A stretch of 64,000 bases of DNA from Antedon mediterranea (taxonomy: Eukaryota; Animalia; Echinodermata): positions 14,844,371 to 14,908,370 of the forward strand of contig NC_092678.1 in the NCBI RefSeq assembly GCF_964355755.1. The letters are read 5' to 3'. The notes under the pieces were generated by a model. That model ran no database searches and was not told the DNA's origin. It worked only from the letters and a program-made list of their open reading frames with translations. Position 1 is the stretch's first letter; every line of letters starts with the position of its first letter. Positions 51,597 through 64,000 of this stretch are shown piece after piece. Made by a program: the position numbers and the translations under genes.

Positions 51597-53029
51597 AGGG
51601 TGTGTGTATGCGTGTTTGTTTGTTTGTCATCACTCTAGCGCTCACAATTTTGATTCGAATGACTCCAAAATCCGGACCACGGTGCCAATTCTGGACCACT
51701 TTTAAAAATTATTTTCAGACCTGCTAGTGTTAAAAGATAGGACAGAATTATCAAAAGCCGGTGAGCAGTCTTAAATTAACAAGTAAATTTAAATTGCATT
51801 TTCTCGGGAACTACTTGTCCAAAAAACTTCATTTTTGTACAAGAGGCAAGAGTTATAATTTTTGATTTATAATTTTAAAACTGAATTAGATTTAATGCAC
51901 AGGATTTTTAATGCGAATAGTTTAAAAAACCTATTTATTTTCAAATTCACCCGTGTGTTTTTCGCGTTGCTGTTCTATTGTTCGGTTTGTGTGTGTGTTT
52001 GTCATCGCTCTATCGCTCACAATGGTAAATACACATAGGAATCTTTCTTCAAATTTTAGTCAGTTGTGTATGGCTCGGTGGTCTGTGCTAGTGTCTACAG
52101 CATTTAAGTTACCGAGATCGAGTCTCACCTTGGGAAATGAAACGAAATCAGATTTTTTTTTATTATTCGTATTGTTTGTTCAAGTATATTTCTTTGTATA
52201 TAAATTATATGGCTGATTTATAATTAAATCTAGAAAAATTATGTCTCTATTTTCATGTTACATGGGAGGTTTATGACATATACTGAACTTTGATCGGGTT
52301 AAAATCGGTCAACGTCAAGTGTGTTTAGGAGGCCAATTTTGATTTGGCCAAGTATCGCGCTAGCGCGAAGGCTAGTTTGTTTGTTTGTTTGTTTGTCATC
52401 ACTCTAGCGCTCACAGTTTTCATTCGAATGACTCCAAATTACTACCATACATGTTACTTGGTGCAAGGACAACACTGTCCAATTTAGGTTAAAATCTGGA
52501 CCACGGTCCCAATTCTGGACCACTTTTAAAAATTATGTTCAGACCTGCTAGCTATAGTGTTAAAAGATAGGACAGAATTATCAAAAGCCGGTGAGCAGTC
52601 TTAAATTAATAAGTAAACTAAAATTGCATTTTCTCGAGAACTACTTGTCCAAAAAACTTCATTTTAGTACAAGAGGCAAGAGTTATAATTTGTTATTTGT
52701 AATTTTAAAACATAATTTGATTTAATGCACGTTTTTTTATGCGAGTAGTTTAAAAAACCTATTTCTTTTCAAATTCACTCGTTTGATTTTCGCGTTGCTG
52801 TTCTATTGTTAGTCAACTGAAGCTATTGCTAATTGAAAGGCTTGTTACATAACCATTACACCAAACTCGCATATACATGCTTGTAATGAAATTAGCCTAA
52901 ATCACAAACAGCATTAAGACACACACAAATAATTATATATATATATATATATATTTTTTACCGGAGAAATCTTATGTAGGAGAATTTTACAGTAGGCGGA
53001 GGTATGCACTCTCGGAGTGGCTTTCTAGT
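51521..53029 (+). mobile_element. Helentron/HINE-like non-autonomous element
   Basis: TACCTCCGCC / GGCGGAGGTA subterminal inverted repeat, 3' hairpin cactc-tcg-gagtg, CTAGT end, (TG)n and (GTTT)n microsatellites, internal duplication (~51615-51980 vs ~52385-52810). Confidence 0.7.
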
Positions 53030-54482
53030 ATTTAATGTATTATTTTGTTTACCTTGAAATATAAGAAATAAATGTTATTATGAATGAATGGATGTTTAAT
53101 TATAAACGTGACTTTTTACTGTGAAATACATTACTTTGTGATTAGGCCTATTATTTTGCTTCGTTGATATTGTAGTTAACAGAACAGATATTCTGTTTTT
53201 GTAAAATTAAAATTAAAAAAACAAAAAAAAAACAAATCAATAGACACAAAATTACATTTTAATTACTGTAGGCCTAATAACCATATTATAACATCGCCGC
53301 TTATATTTCAATGTGTTTCATTCTGTTTTGTTGTTTTTGTTTTATTTATTTATCGTTATCTTTCTGAAACGTGTTAATATACAATGTATTTATTACCCAT
53401 CGACTATGTTTGACTGCCAAAACAAATAATAAAAATGAAACAATATCTATATATAGAGTTTATTATGTTAAGTTCATCATATTACAAGGAACTATAACAT
53501 AAACACACCTTGTTTTGTCTCTTCTCTTACTTGCTATAAATATTTACTTTAAACCAATTTATAAGGAAACGCTGTAACCACTAAAACACGTGATAGCGTT
53601 GGTTCAATATCCTTACGCGAAAATGATACTTTAATTTTATAAAAAATATATTTCATCATATAAAAAATGTAAAACAAATCTAAAAACATATGCCTGAACT
53701 ACAACAAAAAAACACAATTATTTGTGTAATAACTACTTTAAAATGATGCAATATTAATAAAGAATCGTTTCCTTTGATTTAAGTAAAAGTGAATAATATC
53801 TATTTGTTTTTATGGAAAATTTAAATCAGTGATTGTTTTATTATTCTTTTGTATTTCAAAAAAAGAAACATCAATTATTTGTAGGTATATTTTTGTTTGT
53901 TTTGTTTTCCACTATTTCTCTTTAATTTCGAGCGCATAGAGACAATGTTCATCTGCGCTATATAAATCTATCTATGTATTATTATTATTTTAAATTGGAG
54001 ACGTTTAATAACAATTATCATCAAAACGTCAAATTAATAATTTTATAGAAACACTAATTTTCTAAACCATTGAGGTAGAATTATTTCTAAACTTTCTTAG
54101 GCCTACTAAAAGTGAGGGATTACATGTTTTGTGCTAGTATATATTCATTTATTACAACTATATCTTGCTTCTCCAGATTGGCACGCGTCGCAATTTGTAT
54201 TTTTTTTTGTCCGAATCGTCCAGCAACAGCAGCTGCAAGTTTTCAAAAAATTCCATGCAAACGATACAGCTGACGTGCGTATGTAGGTTTTTGGAGAGAT
54301 GATTGCTGACTATTCCGCGTCGTATTCAAACATGTTTGCAACATTGAAGTGTGTCATGTATTAAAGCATTATGTTATTTTATTATAGACGAACCAAAATA
54401 GATTTTGCAGAATCGATGAGGTAAGTAATATTACATATTCACTTTCTTGAAACAATTATGTCGCGAAGAACACCACCACCAC

Positions 54483-55145
54483 CATGTAAATGAAATATAC
54501 ACCATGTTATATATAACAAGATACATGTAAATGAAATAATATCATACTGCAATATGTTATAAAATAACATTATTCATGTAAATAATATAACACCATTATA
54601 TTGAACAAGATACATGTCAATGAAATAATATCATACTACATTATGTTATAATAACATTATTCATGTAAATAATATAACACCATGTTATATTGAACAAGAT
54701 ACATGTAAATGAAATAATATCATACTGCAGTATGTTATAAAATAACATTATTCATGTAAACAATATAACACCATGTTATATTGAACAAGATACATGTCAA
54801 TGAAATAATATCATAATACATTATGTTATAATAACATGATTCATGTAAATGATATAACACCATGTTATATATAACACGATACATGTCAATGATATCATAC
54901 TACATTATGTTATAATAACATGATGATTCATGTAAATGATATAGCACCATGTTATATATAACAAGATACATGTAAATGAAATGATATCATACTACATTAT
55001 TTTATAACATGATTCATGTAAATGATATAACACCATGTTGTAAATGAAATATACATCATACTACATTATGTAATGATATAAGATGAATCCTGTAAATGAA
55101 ATATACACCAGGCCTATGTTATATATTACAAGATGCATGTAAATT
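54483..55145. repeat. AT-rich minisatellite, ~35-39-bp alternating subunits
   Basis: Recurrent catgtaaat...accatgttata...aacaagata and catactacattatgttata. Confidence 0.9.
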
Positions 55146-55301
55146 ACACATTGTATAATAATTTGGCAGATTACCACTGGCGCAGTAAATGTTATATGTA
55201 TTTCCGCATATAAATATCAGGAAATAGTCGTACTGTAGTTCATTGTTGGACACTGCATGTAAGATTTACCTCCTTCGTGGATATAGTGATAGGCCTACAT
55301 A

Positions 55302-58300
55302 ATGAAAAACGCAAAACAACTGGTATTTCTATTTGTATGCATTTCACATTGCACAGGTAAGACAGTTTCTTATTCTATTATTCGTTGCATATGCGATATT
55401 TAATTCGTATCTCCTCTTTATTTATTTTTTTGGGAATGGTATGGTAACATGTATAACGTATTTATTCGAATAAACGCCTCGCTTTGAATAGATGCCCCAC
55501 AGAAAACGTCTCCCGGCCTTCCCACATATAACATCTTTGGGAATAAACTCCCCCTCCCTCACTTTGAATAACCCTCCCCTCCCCTCCCCTTAAATAAATT
55601 CCCCCATTCAGATAATCGCTCCACGGGCGTTTATTTATTTCCTCGAATAAACGCCCAGCCACATGCACATATACATAATGATTATTTGTAGTAGAATTCA
55701 TTGATTGGCATGATCTACAATTTACCAAACATTTTTATTTGATTATATCATTTCTTTATATTAATTATTGTGTAATTTTTGATAGCCAGTGGTGAGGGAT
55801 ATTTATTTGATTATACATTATTACACACACACAAAAAAAAGAAATTTTGAGCAATTAAACGCCATGTGACGTTTTTTCGAATAAATACTGTAATCTAATA
55901 TATTTCTACTAGTTAAATACAAAATAATTACAACACAATTAATATAAGGAAGTGACAAAATACCATAAACAATGTTGATAAACGGTAGCCTACATCATGG
56001 AAGTCAATGAATTATATTACTAATACAAACGCGTTACAGTACAGAATTGTGTGTACATGCACGTGGAAAAGAAATAATCGACAAACATTTTTCTTAATAA
56101 TTCATATTTTAAAAATGATTTGAATGCTATAAGGTATAATTGTGTCATTATTTTTCTTTAGATAGTTCATTCAATTAAAAGTGTTTGTTTTACAGGTGAC
56201 ATTATGTTTGTGGCCAATAACTATGATCCTCCTGGCATTTACATATCAGATTTAAGTTCCAGTGACAGCGAGTTAAGATTTACTGCAGCAATGCAGAATG
56301 TTAAATTAAACACACCCTACGATGTTGAATATGATTTTACCACATCGACATTATACTGGTCTGACAGGAGAGAGAAAACTATTGAACGTTATTCATTTGT
56401 CACGAACCAACATGAAGTTTTTTTGTCATCAATAGGTAAGTAAAACAAATATTAGTATCATTTTTATTTCTTCTGTTTCTTTATTATGAATAATAATTGA
56501 GTTGTCATTTAATAGTTGAAATTTGGTTGTCTTTTGTCCGAATAATGTAGGCCTACTTTTAATAATTGTTTCCTTTTTAAGCTTCTTAAATTTTATTCAT
56601 TCATAATGCCTTCGGCCTAAATAATAATAAAGGTAACAGATAGAATAAGTACGCACGTACACAATCAGTTAAACAAAATCCTAAACATTGTTTTTTTTTA
56701 ATAATCAGTATCCGTTTTGGTGCATACTAAGGCCAGGTCGTGTCGTTGGAATGTGTATAGTCTAAGTTGTAACACTTTGTGCATAGTTTTAGAGAATAAG
56801 CACAAACAATAATTAAATCCGCCTGATTTTTATAAACAGTTTATCTAAACAATAAGATCGAGTAATGCTTTCTGAATCAATTACAATAAATGCGAGGGTA
56901 TCCCAATATTCCAAATTTACATCAGCGATTATACCATTATAGAGCCTACAGCAGTTTATATAATTCCTACCATAAATCGTAGTCCAGCTCCTACAATTCA
57001 AAACTGTGTTTAGAATAATATTAGCAAAAAGTTAATAAATTTGCACATATGGCGTTTCATACGTATAATACTTTAGGTCACATTTTTCAGAAAAAACCCA
57101 AAACGTCGACTGGTGAACTAACATAATAAAAGACAATTCCTACATACTTGAGGCAAGTCTACATAAATCGTTTACTTCCACATTACCTATCCCGCTTTCA
57201 CAAAAAAAAAGCTCTTTTTTTGTTTCGTGTAGTGTTCTGTGCATCGTGAATTACTTATACATGTATTGTAATTAAACGGGATGCGACGATCTGAATAATA
57301 AACATTTAAGCGTGTCTCTAAAACCGACATATCCTAAAAATAACTTAGGTCAAAACTGTTTCAATCTGCACATGATATTACTCTATCAAAAAATAATGTG
57401 ATATGAAATAGTATGGAGCGTGCGCACCCAGCGCTATATACGGGATCTACCTCTGCCAAATAATGTATATGGTATTGTTATTCTATAGACCTACTGTTCG
57501 TAAGGTATTTTTCAAATGTTCATACCCTCAAACAATACAATAAAGGTTATATATTTATGAATTTATATTGAATATAGGTCTTATGAACGTTTATATGATA
57601 TGTATATGTGGCATACATTATTTTTAGCTTTTTGATTCTTTTACGTTTAATTGTTTTACAGCATTTTGGAATGCTATTAAGTATTTTGTTGATTTTTTTC
57701 GACTTAAAATGTGAATATACACCACATTTACTCCCCATAGGGTAATCTGGAAATGCCTGTGGTTTACTATTTGTTTATAGGATTAACCATTTTATAATAT
57801 TTTGGTCATATGTATCTGTTTCAGCCATCAATCAATTAGCTTTAATTCCTGTTTTAGTAATTAAGTGTATTTTCTTTCTTTTGATAATGATTACAACTTA
57901 ATGTAAATGGTCAAAAAGACCATTCGCAGTCAGAGCCTTAAGTGAGCAACTTCAATAAAGCAATTTCAAACACTTCTATATTTGGTACCTGTGTTTGAGT
58001 ATTTTGTGTTTTGCACGTTGTATAATAGTAAAGGTTACATATACATGTTATAGATTATGGATATTATAATCCATATTATTACATTATACATGACCCTTGT
58101 ATGCGATTTGAGAGGTTGAGCATTAACATTGAGAAAACTAGACATAATAATAATATTATTAATAACAGTCTGTTCTTATATATCGCATATAAGTAGGCTC
58201 TCAATACGCTTCACATCAAAAATAAAAGCAGGAAATGTTAAATTAATGAAAAGCTTGTTGGAAAAGGAAATTTTTGAGTTGAGTCTTAAATGAGTTAAGG

Positions 58301-61300
58301 GAAGTGCACTGTCTAATTGTGATAGGCAGGAAGTTCCACAAAGTTGCCGCTGCCAATGCAAAGGCTCTCTGACCGTATGTAGATGTCCTTGTCCTTGGAA
58401 CCACAATTAGGCATTGCGAACCGGACCTAAGAGATCTAGTGGGTTGGTAACTCTGCACAAGCTCAGATAGGTAGCCAGGCACCAAATTGTTCTGAGCTTT
58501 GTAGGCCAGGATCAACACCTTGTACTGTATCCGTTGTTGTACTGGTAACCAGTGAAGATCTGCAAATATTGGGGAGATGTAGTCAAATTTACGTGTCCTT
58601 GTTGTTATGCGGGCAGCAGTATTGTAGACGCTGCAGAATTTTCAGTCGGAAGACCAATGAAAAGCGCATTACAGTAATCAAGCCTTGATCCGACAAACGC
58701 ATGCACAAATTTATTTGTGCTATGTTGATCGAGGTACTTTCAAAGTCGGCCAATGTATCTAATGGAAGCAGATGCCGATCGAGCAATGGTTTTCAGGTGA
58801 GTATCCATTGTCAAGTGACAATCCAATTGTACACCAAGATTCTTTACCGTCTGCGAAGAAGTGACAGAAACCTGTCCCACTTTGATGTTAACAGGATGTG
58901 GTGGTAGTGGTCGAGTTTTAGATGATAAAGTGATGAAATCAGTATTGCTATCATTGAGCTTAAGCTTGTTCTCTTTCATCCATGTTTTGATGTCACGCAA
59001 GCAGTTCTCAATTCTTGTGAGCGAATCATGCTGCATAGATACATAAATCTGCGTGTCGTCTGCATACGTAGCATACTGTAATTTATGATGTTTTATGATA
59101 TCTCCTAACGGTCTATAAAGAGCTGCAATTGTTTGCCAATCCCTTTCAGCTAACATTTTATTTACTTAAGATTTATTTTTCAATAATATCTAAATCAACA
59201 AAGTATATATTCTACACATGTGGGATAAAACATTGCATTCTACAAGGCTTGTATGACTACTATCTAATGCCATATTTTTAAGAGGTTATATTATGTTTAA
59301 ACGACTAGTTTTAACATTTATGTAAGTAAGGTTCCACAGTATGTGATTACAACATTATGGTTGTTTAATTGCTCATCATTATTTAAGATGCACCGAGTTT
59401 AGCCGTTGATGGAACTGGAAAAAAGCTTTATTGGACATATTCGAGCGAAAACCGAATTGAAGTAATAGATATGGATGGAACGAACAGACAAATTCTGATT
59501 TACACAGGATTAAGACGTCCATTTGGAATTGAGTTAGACACAACTAACGGGTATGATATCACTATCTATATTTGTTTACAGTACAGTATGTCTTGTGTCA
59601 ATCTCAAATCTTAAAATGCACCTTGTACCTTTAAAATACGCAATAAAGAAAGTAATATAGATTATGAAATGAATGACTTAAGTCGGGTTTTATTTCATAA
59701 GATCCCAATGCTAGCTCTGCTCTTATTAGTTGATCTACATTGCAATAGGCTGTGACCTACTACACTACTTTAACATACATTGTACCTATTTAGATACCTG
59801 TACTGGACCTCGATTTATTCTGATAAGGCGAACATAGAGCGAGTGAAGTTAAATGACTTGAGTACAAGAACTGCCTTAGTAAAAACAGAAATGGAAGTCA
59901 CATACAGACTTGTTTTAGCAGCTACAGGTAAGTTTATGAGCCATGATGTATATCAATTGTACAAACTAGTACTAGTAAAATAATACTGTGGGCTACTAAG
60001 TTAAATGTAATTGAGGCCGCATCCCGAATTTCTGAAAAAAGCAGACCAATATGCGTGTATTATAGTTATGTAGGTTGGCAGTCACTGTTTATGTACATAG
60101 TCAGATCTGACAACTAAAATAACACTTTTGAAAGTTGTATTGTAGTTTTCAGATAAGAAAACAGATACATTTTTTGTTGCCACTGTGAATAAAATTTTAT
60201 TTTACGTTTCATGTATCTTGATTAACCTATTTCAATGTTATATAGCATTTAATACATTGTTTGGTAGATGCTAAATATTAAAATTATCCATTTATTGTTT
60301 CATCACGTAATACGTTTACATATTACTATTACCAACTAATCCAATTTTAACATCAATATTTAGATCAGTAAAAAATTGCCTTTTTATTACTGTTTTAAAA
60401 CTGCTCGCGTATAATGCTATGAGAGATAAGCAAGCCTAACGAGCCCGCCTTCAAACTCAAACTTTATTTTGAAGAAAGCTCTAAAGCTATGTCTACATTA
60501 TTAAAATAGTTGTGCCCACATTATGGTAGTAATATTCCCAAATATGGTACTGATATGACATCATCATCCAAAAAGTTCTAAAATTCACAAAAATAATTAA
60601 AAAAATTAATTACAATAAATCAATAAATTAAACCTAATTAAAAACGAGTAGAGAGTAAATAACAAATACAATTTAAATACTTACAGCCAGTACTTAGAAC
60701 AAAGTGGAGAATTTTACAAGACTACTTTATCAGATATTGACATTTTAGGCCTATACCATTATTTATTAATACAAAGATAATTGCACCCTACTGTATATAT
60801 TGTTTTTATGTTAAATCATTATTGTTTTATTAAATATTTAAACAAAAAATAACAATTGTTATATCAATTTTTCCCCTTATAATTATTTTCATTTCATTAA
60901 ATGTTATAATAATTACAATTATGTTTTAATTGTGTATATTTTAGATAAATGTATGGATAAAAACACTTATACTTTTAAGTTAGTAATTTAAGTGGTGGGC
61001 TGTATGGATTCTACATTCAGCAGTTCAGTATAGTTTACAAAGGTTAATTACAATTTTACATTTTTTTCCCAATAGAAATGAATAGAGGTCACCGTGCAAT
61101 ACATGATGTCGGTATTCAACTGTACCATTATTACCATTATTTAAATTTACTTATAGTTCTCTTATTGTTTTCACTATAAGATGGAAAGATGTATTGGTGC
61201 GATAGTTGGAATAAGGTAATTGAGGAAGCTAACCTTAACGGAACTAACAGAACAACGATTGCAACTGGGCTGGATTACCCGTTTAGGATTGATATATATG

Positions 61301-63994
61301 GAAACTATCTGTACTGGACAGATTCGGGTGTTATATATCGAGTTGATATAACAACTGGAGAATCATCAATAGAAAGTAGCGATAGTCGAATTAATAGTCT
61401 AACCGGATTATACATTTTAAAAGGTAAACTATTCTCTTTTGTATTTAAATAAAATTACTATTAATGAAACTATAATTGTAGATTTTTTCTCTATTGAATC
61501 GATGGATGTGGGTGCTAATGAAACAATAAATGTCATTCCATAAAAGTTATAAAAGAAATTGTAATGTATTAAGGATGGTCACACATTGAGTAGTAAACCA
61601 TTTTTAGACAAAAAAAATTTATAAGACGAACCAGGACTGACGCAATTCTTTCCACCCAAATCGGTTTAAAAAAACGGGTTAAGGTCGAATCATGTACTGT
61701 AGGTATAAACATATAATTCATACATCCATGTTGGAATCGGTTCGTGCTTCAATGTATAGCACCATGTAGTACGGTACTTACGCGCCACATTTTTTTTAAA
61801 TTAGTCGATGGAAGTAACCAGTGAATTCATCAGTTATTCAATTGTAAGAAAGTTTCTTTTTTTTTGACATGGAGTTGGTAACATGCGTTTTACATTGTGT
61901 CTACCTATATTCCAGTATTAAGCATAATTTATATATAAAAGCATTATTATAAGCACCGCTTTACATACAGTGGAATGAGTACTTCTATGTTATTCATACT
62001 GTCGTTTTGGGATCTTTTGAATGTTAGCCCTACTATTTAGGGTGTGTAGAAAGCGACGACCTCGAATTGGACGACCCCAACGACCCGGGCGACCTCGAAT
62101 TGAACGACCTCGAATTGAACGACCCATAACACGAAACCGACGACCCCTATAGCCTAGCCTAGCCTAGGCCTAAGTGTGGTATAACATCCCAAAGCCGAAC
62201 ATAGCCAAAGATCTTTAAACTATACCTTATTATATAATACTCGCAAGCAAGCAATTGATTGAAAAAATACAGAAATATCGCCATTTGATACTGATTGTGT
62301 CGACACGAACAAACGAAAGATATGGAACGCCAAGAGTGCATCATTAAAACTGCATTCGACATATTAAAAATAAATTAAAAAGAAATAAATATTATACAAT
62401 ACATGGTTAAACCATGGACGTATAATTACATCTCGTCTTCTTATAACAAACACTATAGGCCTACCAAGCAGCGTAACATGGTTGGTTTTAAACAGAAAAG
62501 GAAAGTAGTCATATTTAATAATTTAATTGTTTTTAATCTTTCAAGGTAAAAATGCAGTGCACTCCATAATATTTTTCTCGCGTGTATGCCTACCACGTAA
62601 AATCACGTTGTCTCTCAGGACTAATAGAGTATTGATATTCTTCGAATGAGGTTAAATAATTATTAATTTTTATTTACTATCTTTTAATATCATATTTTAT
62701 TGAATTTTACAATGTTAATACACAAAATATTTTACTAACAAACGGTGATTTTATGCAATTATTTTACTTCAACTGCCGCCTGAGGGGGCAACATGTTTAC
62801 GTCATTTTTGGCTAAAAACGATCATTTTCGGTCATGTTTTAGGCCTTATATTTTGGAATCTACAAGTCAGATATTCATAATTATTTCTCTTTAATTATAA
62901 TATTTAATAATATATACTAAAAACCGTGATATATAAACTTTGGAATATACATCGTTATATCTAATAATTAATATAAATAGAACTTCTATTAAACAGAAAC
63001 GAGCACCGGCGAAAGTAAGCATTTGGCGTTTCATAGAAAATAACGTTTTTCTGGCGGCGCCTCAACTTGTCGGCGGCTCAACTTGGCCTAATCCTGCATG
63101 GGGAGGGCCATAAGAAAGCTTTACATTTCACACATGCATTGTATACGGTCAAAACATGGAGGTATAACAATATTTTTATACCTCCATGGTCAAACCATGG
63201 AGCTGGTCAAACCATGGAGTACCTCCATGGTCAAACCTTACCTGCCGCTGAAAAAGGGGCCTGGTTTGCCATGTTTATGATATTTCGTGTGCTAATCGAG
63301 TCGAATGCAGTTTTAATCATGCACTCTTGCCGTTCCATATATGTTCGTTTGTTCGTGTCGACACATTCAGTATCAAATGGCAATATTTCTGTATTTTTTC
63401 AATCAATTGCTTGCTTGCGAGTATTATATAAGGTATGGTTTAAAGATCTTTGGTTATGTTCGGCTTCGGGATGTTATACCATACTTAGGCCTAGGCTAGG
63501 CTAGGCTATTATAGGGGTCGTCGGTTTCGTGTTATGGGTCGTCCAATTCTAGGTCGTCCAATTCGAGGTCGCCCGGGTCGTTGGGGTCGTCCAATTCGAG
63601 GTCGTCGCTTTCTACACACCCCTACTATTTATTGTTTATTTATTATTACAGATTATATATGCCTACCATAATTCATTGCAGAGTTATTTATTTCGTCATG
63701 AGTATTTAATTCATTTTAGCAGGGTTATTTACATTGTGATAAGACTCTATAAAATTTGTAGCCGGGATCTATTTGTTACAATTATTACCTTAATTTTACT
63801 ACATTGTACCCTGCTTGACAATTACGGGCCATCATATTGATGAAGTATATGACAACATTTTCTTATAGATTTAAATGAATGCTCTTCTGACCAATGTTCA
63901 ACAAATGGGGTGTGTTATAATCCAATTTCTACCCACTCATGTGAATGTGACACTGGATTCATACGTGAAGTTGGTAGAGGTAGAGGTTGTACTG
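55302..63994 (+). CDS. Host gene, 5' part: signal peptide + YWTD beta-propeller + EGF (LRP/LDLR-related); exons 55302-55356, 56196-56435, 59388-59550, 59794-59927, 61181-61423, 63869-63994; continues past the window
   Basis: Phase-compatible GT-AG exons; MKNAKQLVFLFVCISHCTG; LYWSD, LYWTY, LYWTS, MYWCD, LYWTD; DLNECSSDQCSTNGVC...CECDTGF...C. Confidence 0.88.
55456..55890. mobile_element. Tc1/mariner(pogo)-like MITE
   Basis: Imperfect TIR GTATTTATTCGAA / TTCGAATAAATAC with TA on both flanks. Confidence 0.55.
58150..59117 (-). mobile_element. 5'-truncated L2/CR1-like LINE fragment in an intron
   Basis: YADDTQIY, NKLKLN, VKNLGV, LHWLPV, FKTQLKNFLF motifs; frameshifted. Confidence 0.85.
62040..63621. 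mobile_element. Non-autonomous Mutator-like element with ~320-bp TIRs
   Basis: GGGTGTGTAGAAAGCGACGACC.../...GGTCGTCGCTTTCTACACACCC; TSD CTACTATTTA (62030-62039, 63622-63631). Confidence 0.85.
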
Positions 63995-64000
63995 GTAAGT

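Noticed and set aside
62159-63504. ORFs 62159-62362 and 63067-63504 as genes
   Set aside because: Mirror-image chance ORFs in the two TIRs with no recognisable domain

Overview
AT-rich animal (invertebrate) genomic DNA with spliceosomal introns, dominated by transposons; the TAGGCCTA enrichment suggests an echinoderm-type genome (inference). Bases 1-21 kb are a five-level nest: a Kolobok-type DNA transposon (THAP-DDE transposase plus a convergent KolX/P2X7-C-terminus-like gene) > Gmr1-type Gypsy LTR element > non-coding TIR element with a 9-bp TSD > an apparently intact 6.4-kb Chapaev-type transposon > RTE LINE fragment. The Chapaev-type element has CAC...GTG termini, a 4-bp TSD and a 10-exon, ~936-aa transposase with a RAG1-like N-terminal Zn/RING region. 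Two internally deleted sister Chapaev elements with near-identical termini lie at 27.1-30.8 kb and 46.1-51.1 kb. Also present: a decayed, apparently intron-containing Polinton-type protein-primed DNA polymerase, a tyrosine recombinase relic, several LINEs, Helentron/HINE-like elements, MITEs, minisatellites, tandemly duplicated ankyrin-repeat exons, and the 5' part of a host gene for a secreted/membrane YWTD-propeller/EGF (LRP-like) protein. All gene models were spliced by eye and family calls rest on motif recognition, not database searches.
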